Source: a plasmid. From it: 64,000 nucleotides of DNA. The stretch lies in sequence record NZ_CP119397.1; one strand, 5' to 3'. Each line of letters begins with the position of its first letter. Position 1 is the stretch's first letter. The notes under the pieces were generated by a model. That model was not told the DNA's origin. It was given only the letters and a program-made list of their open reading frames with translations, and searched no databases. Position numbers and translations under genes: made by a program. Of this stretch, positions 56,550 through 64,000 are shown piece after piece.

Positions 56550-57701
56550 ATGTTAACAACTAAGCGCAAACTCTCCCTGGCCGTTGGCCTGGGGCTGTTA
56601 ATGGGCAGTACTTCTTTTGTGACGCACGCTGAAGTCACCTTAATCAAACAAGACCCACAGGCCGGTGACCCGTTAAGCCGCCTGAACTTCACCGTGGGCG
56701 GCAGTATCCGTCCGCAATTCAATAACATGACCGGCGGCGGCGATAACGGCTCCTACAAGCGTAACGGCTTTGACGGCGGCACCCGTTTCCGTTTCCTGGC
56801 AGATTACTATCTGTTTGATGATGTCAGCTGGGTCGGTTATTACGAACTGGGCGTGAACATCCCTAAACTGTTCGACTGGGAAAACCACTACGCTGACAAC
56901 GCGCATGACACCAGCCGCCGTATGCTTTACACCGGTTTCCAGAGCAAAACCTGGGGTAAACTCACCTTTGGTCAGCAAAACAGCGTTTATTACGATGTGG
57001 TCGGCTCTAAGACCGATATCTGGGACTATGACATGCTGGCCCAGGCACCGGGCAACGGCATCAACGGTGACTACGACGGCTCCTACCGTTCACGCCAGAT
57101 GCTGAAATACAAAAACACCTTCGGCAGCACCGATGTGTATGCTTCCTACCTGTTTGAAGATGACGAATACCTGCCGGGCAACGGCCTGCGCTACAAGCGC
57201 AAAGGCGGCGGCTCACTGGGGGCGGAATACCACTTCACCAAAGACCTGAGCTGGGGCGCGGCCTGGAACTACACCCGTGCCGACATGCGTGACCACGGCA
57301 CCGGCGAGTCGAAAACTTACGACCAGAACATCTACGGCACCTCCCTGAGCTGGAAACCGGACAACTGGACCTTCGTGTTCGGCGGCGGTTACTACCAGAA
57401 CTTCCTGACCACCAAACAGGTGGACGTGGACAACTACTTCGCCGGTGATGCCTGGGGTATCGAATACCTGGCGGGTTACACCTTCCCGGTGGCGCAGTAC
57501 GGGCTGAAGTCTGTGATGCCGTACGCGATGGGTGACCGTCTGGAGTACGTGAACGGCCGTGATTACCAGCGCATCGACAACGGCGTGGGGATCACCTTCC
57601 AGCTCGACTACGGCTTCCGCGTGGATTACGAGCACGTCTTCACGTCCAGCACCGACAACCTCGGCGATATGAACGTGGTGCGCCTGCGCTACGACTTCTG
57701 A
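56550..57701 (+). CDS. Outer-membrane porin (Gram-negative porin superfamily).
   Basis: Signal peptide ending ...THA/EV. Gly/Tyr/Asp-rich beta-barrel composition. C-terminal aromatic residue (…RLRYDF). Confidence 0.65.
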   Translation: MLTTKRKLSLAVGLGLLMGSTSFVTHAEVTLIKQDPQAGDPLSRLNFTVGGSIRPQFNNMTGGGDNGSYKRNGFDGGTRFRFLADYYLFDDVSWVGYYELGVNIPKLFDWENHYADNAHDTSRRMLYTGFQSKTWGKLTFGQQNSVYYDVVGSKTDIWDYDMLAQAPGNGINGDYDGSYRSRQMLKYKNTFGSTDVYASYLFEDDEYLPGNGLRYKRKGGGSLGAEYHFTKDLSWGAAWNYTRADMRDHGTGESKTYDQNIYGTSLSWKPDNWTFVFGGGYYQNFLTTKQVDVDNYFAGDAWGIEYLAGYTFPVAQYGLKSVMPYAMGDRLEYVNGRDYQRIDNGVGITFQLDYGFRVDYEHVFTSSTDNLGDMNVVRLRYDF

Positions 57702-57733
57702 TGCCTGTTCCCCGGTGCCTGCCGGGGAATACC

Positions 57734-57761
57734 AAAAGCGCGCGCCCTGCGCGCTTTTTTT
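57734..57761 (+). terminator. Rho-independent terminator after the porin gene.
   Basis: aaaagcgcgcgccctgcgcgcttttttt. Confidence 0.6.
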
Positions 57762-57872
57762 GAGCAATGCCGACTTCCCCGCAGTTTCTTAACCCGATCA
57801 GCAAAATCGTCTGTAGCTTTTTCACGCCGGGCCGATATTAACCTCGATCATTAATCACACCGGTAAATCACC

Positions 57873-59417
57873 ATGAAAATCTCAACACGCCTTGCGGCTG
57901 GATTCGGCCTGTTGGCCCTGCTGCTGGTGCTCTGCGCCGGGGTAGCTGTCAACGCCCTGAACCACGCCCAGGACGGCATGAACGACGTGGTTAACGTCAA
58001 AATGAAAAAGTACAAACTGGCGCTGGATATGCGGGACAGCGTGCGGGACATCTCGATTGCCGTGCGTAACCTGGCGCTGCTGACCGACCCGAAAGAGATG
58101 GCGCCGGAATGGGAACGGGTGCAGACCCAGAAGCGCCTGTTTATCAAAAACCGGGAGGAGATGGCCCGGATGATGGAAATTGACTCCGTGCCCGCCGGGC
58201 GCGAAGCCTTCCGCAAGATCCTGGAAGCCGAAGGCCCGGCGATGGCCGGCTTTGAGAAAGCGGGGCAGCTTGGGCTGCAAAACCTTCAGGAGGAAACCAC
58301 CACCTACCTGATGAACGTCTCCCGACCGGCGCAGCGGACGCTGCAAAATGCGCTTAACGCCATGACGGAAGTCCAGCTGAAAAACGCCCAGCGTGCCGTG
58401 GCAGAGAGCAGTGATGAGAGCCGCCAGGCCAGTCTCTTCCTGGCGGTGATGGCCGTGGTCTCGTTACTGCTGGCTGCCGGTGTCGGGTACATGACCGTGC
58501 GGGTGCTGACGCGCCAGCTGGGCGGTGAACCGGCGCAGGCACAGGCGCTGGCCGCCGCGATTGCCGACGGCGACCTGACCTCCACCGTCGTGCTGCGCCC
58601 CGATGACAGCAGCAGTATGCTGGCCTCGCTGGCCCTGATGCAGACCCGGCTGGGTGAGATTGTGTCGCAGATTAAAGAGACCTCCGCCTCAGTGGCGCTG
58701 GCCTCAGATGAAATCGCCCGCGGGAACACCGAGCTTTCTGCCCGTACCGAGCAGCAGGCCGCCGCCTTGCAGGAGACGGCCGCCAGCATGGAGCAGCTCA
58801 CCGCGACGGTGAAAAGCAATACTGCCGGTGCCACCCACACCGCCGGTGCCGCGCGTGAAACCGCCTCCCTGGCGAGCCACGGCGAGGAGAGTGTGCGCAA
58901 GATGACCCAGACGATGGCGGACATCTCCCTCAGCGCCGCGAAAGTGCAGGACATCACCAGCACTATCGAGGGCATCGCCTTCCAGACCAACATCCTGGCG
59001 CTGAACGCCGCGGTGGAAGCGGCCCGTGCCGGTGAGCAGGGCCGCGGCTTTGCGGTGGTGGCAGGCGAGGTACGCACGCTGGCACAACGCAGCGCCACTG
59101 CCGCCCGTGACATCAAAGGGCTGATTGAGGAAGCCACCGTGTTGGTGCAGGAGGGGGTGAACGTCGCTGACGGCACCGCCACCAGCATCATGAACGTGGT
59201 AGGCCGGGTGAACGAGTTGGCCGACTCGATGGATGAGATCGCGCTGGCGTCGAACGAGCAGATGCAGGGCATCTCTCAGGTTAACGTGGCGGTCAGCCAG
59301 ATGGACGGCGTCACGCAGAGCAACGCCACGCTGGTGGAAGAGTCCACAACGGCCTCCCAGTCCCTGGCGGAGCAGGTGCACGCCCTGCGCGGCATGGTCG
59401 AGACCTTCCGCGTATAA
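57873..59417 (+). CDS. Methyl-accepting chemotaxis protein with an N-terminal four-helix-bundle sensor.
   Basis: TM1, periplasmic domain, TM2, HAMP, and the MCP signalling domain with the highly conserved region (IAFQTNILALNAAVEAARAGEQGRGFAVVAGEVR). Confidence 0.85.
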   Translation: MKISTRLAAGFGLLALLLVLCAGVAVNALNHAQDGMNDVVNVKMKKYKLALDMRDSVRDISIAVRNLALLTDPKEMAPEWERVQTQKRLFIKNREEMARMMEIDSVPAGREAFRKILEAEGPAMAGFEKAGQLGLQNLQEETTTYLMNVSRPAQRTLQNALNAMTEVQLKNAQRAVAESSDESRQASLFLAVMAVVSLLLAAGVGYMTVRVLTRQLGGEPAQAQALAAAIADGDLTSTVVLRPDDSSSMLASLALMQTRLGEIVSQIKETSASVALASDEIARGNTELSARTEQQAAALQETAASMEQLTATVKSNTAGATHTAGAARETASLASHGEESVRKMTQTMADISLSAAKVQDITSTIEGIAFQTNILALNAAVEAARAGEQGRGFAVVAGEVRTLAQRSATAARDIKGLIEEATVLVQEGVNVADGTATSIMNVVGRVNELADSMDEIALASNEQMQGISQVNVAVSQMDGVTQSNATLVEESTTASQSLAEQVHALRGMVETFRV

Positions 59418-59440
59418 AGCGACTTTCTGCGTATCAATCA

Positions 59441-59472
59441 AAAAGCGGTGGCGATCCCACCGCTTTTTTTAT
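59441..59472 (+). terminator. Rho-independent terminator after the MCP gene.
   Basis: aaaagcggtgg-cgatc-ccaccgcttttttt. Confidence 0.7.
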
Positions 59473-59582
59473 TTCCCCGCTTTGCCCCTTTTACGATCGC
59501 CTCACTAAAACGCACCCCATGCTGGCATTCACGCGCTGAATAGGGTAGTCATTACTGGCACCAGCAACCAAGGGAGAGAGCG

Positions 59583-59996
59583 ATGCATTCACATCCGATA
59601 CGGCAGATCATCGAAGCCTGTGACCAGGCGATCTCTGCGAAAGCGTTTGATGCGCTGATGGCGCACTACGCAGAAGACGCCGCGCTGGTGGTGAAGCCGG
59701 GCATGGTTGTACGGGGGAAAGAGAACATCCGGAACGCGTTTATCGCTATCTCAGACTACTTTCAGGGGCAGCTAGTGGTGGAACAGGGCGGGATGCAGGT
59801 CATTGAGGGCGCGGACAATGCCCTGGTGATTATGGAAACCCTGCTGCGCTTTCCGGACGGGCAGGGCGGCACGGTGGAAACCACCCGGCGTGCGACCTAC
59901 GTCTTCCGGCAGGAGCATGACGGCCGCTGGCTATGCACAATCGATAACTCTTACGGGACATCCCTGCTGGACGCTGCGCCGGGCGGCGCGTTATAG
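59583..59996 (+). CDS. NTF2-like / SnoaL-like (DUF4440-type) protein.
   Basis: ~135 aa with a cone-shaped alpha+beta NTF2 fold pattern. GGGAGA RBS. Confidence 0.55.
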   Translation: MHSHPIRQIIEACDQAISAKAFDALMAHYAEDAALVVKPGMVVRGKENIRNAFIAISDYFQGQLVVEQGGMQVIEGADNALVIMETLLRFPDGQGGTVETTRRATYVFRQEHDGRWLCTIDNSYGTSLLDAAPGGAL

Positions 59997-60413
59997 CAAT
60001 TCCGGCTTGGTCAGGTAGTGCCGCTGGATGCCCGGTTCAGGGAAATCGGGCAAAGACATCTGCAGCAGATAACCCTGTTTCACATAGAAGGGCAGGGCCT
60101 GAAAGCTGAAGGTATCCACCAGCGCATGGCGGCACCCTGTGCGCACGCCTTCCTGTTCCGCCAGCGCGACCAGCTGACTGCCCAGGCCGGTGCCTCTGAG
60201 GTGTTCGCTCACCCAGAGGTAATCGATACAGAGCCAGACCCCTTTTCTTGACGCAATCAGGCCGCCCGTCATGTCACCGGCGTCATTCCTGGCATAAACA
60301 CCAAATTGCCCCCAATCGCGGGTGTCAATGAATTGGCGGTTGTAGCCCCGTAGCCCGCTAAAAAGTGCTTCCCTGTCGGTGTCTGTGACCTCAGGGACGA
60401 CGGTCAGTTTCAT
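59991..60413 (-). CDS. GNAT-family N-acetyltransferase.
   Basis: Acetyl-CoA motif ([10 protein letters not shown]). Confidence 0.75.
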   Translation of the reverse strand: MKLTVVPEVTDTDREALFSGLRGYNRQFIDTRDWGQFGVYARNDAGDMTGGLIASRKGVWLCIDYLWVSEHLRGTGLGSQLVALAEQEGVRTGCRHALVDTFSFQALPFYVKQGYLLQMSLPDFPEPGIQRHYLTKPELL

Positions 60414-60582
60414 GCTTTATGCCTTTTTCTGAGAGTAATGATTTAATATCAAAGCGTTAAGCAGGTTTGTCAATGTGCCGGGCAGGGATAACCGGGGTTA
60501 TCCGGCACACTTAGGTTACAAGGCATCCCGGCTTGAGGTTGAACATAGCGCCAACATCTCCACTTAATGCGGAAAAAATGTC

Positions 60583-61311
60583 ATGACATGGTTCAGTCAG
60601 CAGGGGTTTGAGGTGCGTCTGGAGTGGGGCTTACCGGCGGTGGAGTATCTCGCCGGTGAGGCGGACTGCGCGGTGGTCGTGGATGTGATGTCATTTTCAA
60701 CCTGCGTCAGCCTGGCGGTGGATAACGGTGCCCGGATTTACCCTTACCCGTGGAAAGACGCTTCTGCGCGGGAGTATGGGCTGAAGATCGGGGTGAATAC
60801 CGCCGGCGTTGACCGGCGGTTCAGCGGCAAAGGGTATAGCCTGTCACCGGCGTCGATCCGCTCGATAAGCGCCGGTGAAAGCCTGATCCTCCCTTCTCCG
60901 AATGGGTCGGCCATTTCATTCAGGGCAAGGGACAAGGGGATCGCGGTGTTCAGCGGCTGCTTCAGGAACCTCGTTGTGACGGCGGAGGCCTGCGGCCACT
61001 ATAAACGCATCCTGCTGATCCCGTGCGGGGAGCGCTGGCCGGACGGCAGCCTGCGCCCCTCGGTGGAGGACTACGTGGCCGCCGGCGGCATTATTACCGC
61101 GTTGGGGCGCGAACAGACCTCGCCGGAAGCGCAGGCGGCGGCAATGGCTTACCAGCATTACCGGAAACAGGGGCCTGCCCTGTTGCAGGCGTGTGCATCC
61201 GCTGCCGAGCTTCGCCAACGGGGCTTTGAAGAGGATGTCGCGCTGTGCCTGGAACTGGATGCAGGCAAACACGCGTGCCGCCTGCACGGGGATTTTTACA
61301 CAGCTGCTTAA
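60583..61311 (+). CDS. 2-phosphosulfolactate phosphatase (ComB) family protein.
   Basis: ComB-like N-terminus (AVVVDVMSFSTCVSLAVDNGARIYP). Confidence 0.6.
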   Translation: MTWFSQQGFEVRLEWGLPAVEYLAGEADCAVVVDVMSFSTCVSLAVDNGARIYPYPWKDASAREYGLKIGVNTAGVDRRFSGKGYSLSPASIRSISAGESLILPSPNGSAISFRARDKGIAVFSGCFRNLVVTAEACGHYKRILLIPCGERWPDGSLRPSVEDYVAAGGIITALGREQTSPEAQAAAMAYQHYRKQGPALLQACASAAELRQRGFEEDVALCLELDAGKHACRLHGDFYTAA

Positions 61312-61344
61312 AGCAGCCATTTCCCTTTATTGCCTGTGCTTTCC

Positions 61345-62145
61345 TCAGCCGTTATCCCGGAAGGCCGGGTAAAGGCTCATGCCGCCATCCACAAACAGGG
61401 TGGTGCCGTGCACATAATCTGACAGATCGCTCGCCAGCCAGACCACCGCATTCGCCACATCCTCCGGCGCGCCGACGCGGCCGTAAGGGATCAGCTCCAG
61501 CACTTTCTCCCCGGCCTCGCCTTGCAGCGTCTCTTCATTGATCGCTGTTTTGATCGCGCCGGGGGCGACGGCGTTCACCCGGATGTGCTCCTCGCCCACT
61601 TCCTGCGCGATGCTTCTCATCAGCAAATCAATGCCGCCTTTCGACGCGGCATAATTGACATGCCCCGCCCAGGGGATCACCTGATGCACTGAGCTCATGT
61701 GGATGATTTTCCCCCTGGCACGGCTCAGCGCAGCATTGGCCTCCTGTCGGCGGAACTGGCGCAGCGCGGCGCGCGCGCAGAGAAATTGCCCGGTCAGGTT
61801 GACGTCAATCACCTTATTCCAGTCCGCCAGCGTCATCTCACCGACAGGCGCATCTTTTTGCAGCCCGGAGTTGGCCACCAGAATATCCAGCCTGCCGAAG
61901 GCATTAATCGTCTGGTCAAAGAGCGCCTCCACGTCCGCCTCGCGGGAGACGTCGCCTCCTACGGCGATGGCCTGCCCACCGCGCTCGCGAAGGCGGGCAG
62001 CCAGTGACTCTGCGGGTTCCTGCTGGCTGTGGTAGTTAATCACCACCGCCGCCCCGGCCTGTGCCAACGCCTCAGCGCAGGCGTAACCCAGGCCGGAACT
62101 GGCCCCGGTGACTAACGCCACCTGTTTTTCAAGTGATACGATCAT
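61345..62145 (-). CDS. SDR-family oxidoreductase (glucose 1-dehydrogenase-like).
   Basis: TGASSGLG motif, NSG, and YAASKGG catalytic motif. AGGAG RBS. Confidence 0.85.
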   Translation of the reverse strand: MIVSLEKQVALVTGASSGLGYACAEALAQAGAAVVINYHSQQEPAESLAARLRERGGQAIAVGGDVSREADVEALFDQTINAFGRLDILVANSGLQKDAPVGEMTLADWNKVIDVNLTGQFLCARAALRQFRRQEANAALSRARGKIIHMSSVHQVIPWAGHVNYAASKGGIDLLMRSIAQEVGEEHIRVNAVAPGAIKTAINEETLQGEAGEKVLELIPYGRVGAPEDVANAVVWLASDLSDYVHGTTLFVDGGMSLYPAFRDNG

Positions 62146-62399
62146 GTACGCTCCTTCCGGTTTCAGGTTCTGCTGACCCTCGCTTTTCAGGCCACCTGTT
62201 TATGATAGTGGGCTTCGTTAACCTTACGCGCTGAAATGGCGTAAATCTGGCTGCCTGCCGCCGCGCAATGGTTGCTTAGCCTATTATTAATTACAACATA
62301 CTTTAGCCTGCTCATTATTCCACTTCAGCAATAGCGTCATCAGCAGGTACAAAGCCAGGCACGGCCACAGGGCAGCCTGGCCGTGCCTTTTTGCCGGGA

Positions 62400-63167
62400 T
62401 TATAAAAACATACCGCCGGATGCCTCGATGCGCTGGGCATTGACCCAGCGGCCTGCCTCAGAGAGCAGGGCGGCGATCAGCGGCCCGATGTCCTCAGGCA
62501 CGCCCGCCCGGCCCAGCGCGGTGGCCCCGGCCACAAACGCGTTAACCTCCGGGTTGTCGCGTACCCGCCCGTTACTGAAATCGGTCTGGATTGCGCCCGG
62601 TGCCACCGTGTTTACCGTGATGCGCCTCGGCCCCAGCTCTTGCGCCTGATAACGCGTCAACACCTCCAGTGCGCCTTTCAACGCGGCATAGGGGCCGCTT
62701 TGCGGCACGCAGAAACGCGTCAGGCCGCTGGAAATGTTCACAATCCGCCCGCCGTCGTTGAGAAGCGGCAGCAGGGTTTGCGTCAGGAAAAACACGCCTT
62801 TGAAATTCACTGCAAACAGCCGGTCCAGCGCCTGTTCCGTGGTCTGTGCCAGCGTAGAGTGGTGCGCAATACCGGCATTGTTCACCAGATAATCAAGGCG
62901 ATCCGCGCCCCAGCCGGTAAGCGCCTGTTGCACCGAGACGGCAAACGCGCCGAAGGTGTCACAGGCCCCGGTGTCCAGCGGCAGGGCGAGGGCGTCGGCA
63001 CCCGCCTGCCGGGCGGCGTCAATGACGTGGCGCGCCTCATCATACCGGGTGTGGTAGGTAAAAAGGCTCGACACGCCACGGGCAGCCAGCGCCAGTACGG
63101 TGCTGCGGCCGAGGCCCCGGCTGCCGCCGGTGACCAGTGCGATAGGGGAATGGGGGGGGTTGTGCAT
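62400..63167 (-). CDS. SDR-family oxidoreductase.
   Basis: TGGSRGLG motif, NNAG, and YAALKGAL catalytic motif. GGAGA RBS. Confidence 0.85.
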   Translation of the reverse strand: MHNPPHSPIALVTGGSRGLGRSTVLALAARGVSSLFTYHTRYDEARHVIDAARQAGADALALPLDTGACDTFGAFAVSVQQALTGWGADRLDYLVNNAGIAHHSTLAQTTEQALDRLFAVNFKGVFFLTQTLLPLLNDGGRIVNISSGLTRFCVPQSGPYAALKGALEVLTRYQAQELGPRRITVNTVAPGAIQTDFSNGRVRDNPEVNAFVAGATALGRAGVPEDIGPLIAALLSEAGRWVNAQRIEASGGMFL

Positions 63168-63324
63168 GATTGTTCTCCGAATCAGGGGGAAGGCTTACTC
63201 TATGCCCGGCTGCCGGGCAGCGTAATACCTGAACCTGCCTGGTTCTTGCCTGATCCTGCCCGGCGTGGTACTTCCTGTCAGGGCAGCGCAACAGGCGTTT
63301 TATGGCACCGCAACAGGAGTGAGA

Positions 63325-64000
63325 ATGCAGGCACTGGATGAATTACGGGCAAGGGTGTGCAAACAGATTGCCCGGCTGGGCGGCGCCAGCCCGTTTTATA
63401 CCGCCGTTGAGGGGATGATCATGTTGCAGGCAAAAACCGAACGGCACCCCACGCACCTGATCCACAAACCGGCGCTGTGCATAGTGGTGCAGGGGGAAAA
63501 GTGGACGGCGTTTGGTGAGCGGAAGCTGACGTACCGCGCCGGGCAGGCGATGGTGGTGAGCCTGGAGATGCCGGGCATGAGCCAGGTGGTGGAGGGCGAT
63601 GCCGGAACGCCCTATTTAAGCCTGGTGCTGACGCTGGATCAGGCCATCATGCGCGAGGTCTGTGAAACCCTGCCTGCGCTGCCCCCGCCACCGCAGGACA
63701 ACGGTGCCTTTGTGGTCGACCTTGATGCGCCGCTGCTGGCGTGCGCGGCCCGCGCGGTAAGCCTGCTGGAGACCCCCGACGCCATACCGCTGCTTTATCC
63801 GGGCATCATGCGGGAGATAGGTTACTGGCTGCTGACCGGGCCGCAGGGCGGCATGCTGGCGCAGCGGATCACCGGCACCGGGATGCAGCGCCGGATGGCC
63901 GGGGTGCTGCACGCCCTGCGGGCGCAGTTTAGCGAGCCGGTACGCATCAGCGATTTGGCGGCCATCGCCGGCCTCAGCCCGTCGGCGTTCCATCGCCATT
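63325..64000 (+). CDS. AraC-family transcriptional regulator (5' part; the 3' end lies beyond the window).
   Basis: AGGAG RBS. AraC-binding-like N-terminal domain. The AraC HTH begins at the window end (VRISDLAAIAGLSPSAFHRH). The frame is open to 64000. Confidence 0.7.
   Translation, partial: MQALDELRARVCKQIARLGGASPFYTAVEGMIMLQAKTERHPTHLIHKPALCIVVQGEKWTAFGERKLTYRAGQAMVVSLEMPGMSQVVEGDAGTPYLSLVLTLDQAIMREVCETLPALPPPPQDNGAFVVDLDAPLLACAARAVSLLETPDAIPLLYPGIMREIGYWLLTGPQGGMLAQRITGTGMQRRMAGVLHALRAQFSEPVRISDLAAIAGLSPSAFHRH

Noticed and set aside
1-64000. Search for CRISPR arrays, tRNA/rRNA genes, integrases, transposases and phage genes.
   Set aside because: I recognised no regularly spaced direct repeats, no tRNA-like cloverleaf regions, and no recombinase/transposase signatures in any ORF. 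The AT-rich islets lack flanking integrase genes.

Overview
This 64-kb window looks like chromosomal DNA from a high-GC Enterobacterales-type genome. Coding density is high, SD-like ribosome-binding sites are common, and RluF, FucI, Hcp and GlgX resemble their enterobacterial homologues. I found no rRNA, tRNA, CRISPR array, IS element or integrase. The gene content is that of an accessory, metabolic and regulatory neighbourhood. It holds about 17 transcription factors (LysR x5, AraC x4, MarR x2 with one MarR-GNAT fusion, TetR x2, LacI, HxlR, CGNR zinc-finger), at least 8 SDR/NmrA oxidoreductases, 7 MFS transporters, and several sugar-catabolic modules: a GH172(DUF2961)-GPH symporter-LacI unit next to a divergent FGGY kinase/FucI pair; a GlgX/GH15 pair; an IolT/IolG-like cluster with an orphan PTS EIIA; and a TetR-controlled Gfo/Idh/MocA-TIM barrel-MFS-DUF993 operon whose DUF993 gene is frameshifted. 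Several small AT-rich islets interrupt this backbone: (i) a ~2.9-kb island between fucI and an SDR gene carrying an orphan T6SS hcp plus four uncharacterised ORFs; (ii) a Phd/YefM-like antitoxin followed by an internally deleted doc toxin remnant; (iii) a HigB-2/HigA-2-like toxin-antitoxin pair; (iv) an islet with a small unknown ORF beside a truncated LysR remnant. An aromatic-acid decarboxylase C/D pair (UbiD-like plus small subunit) lacks the adjacent B (UbiX-like) subunit. The strongest candidate for an undescribed system is a near-identical palindromic operator (GCTNNNTCGANNNAGC) upstream of the GH172-GPH operon and twice in the FGGY/FucI divergent promoter. This links them into one LacI-type regulon, a plausible D-arabinofuranoside/D-arabinose utilisation pathway. 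The second candidate is the orphan hcp island with unknown partner proteins.
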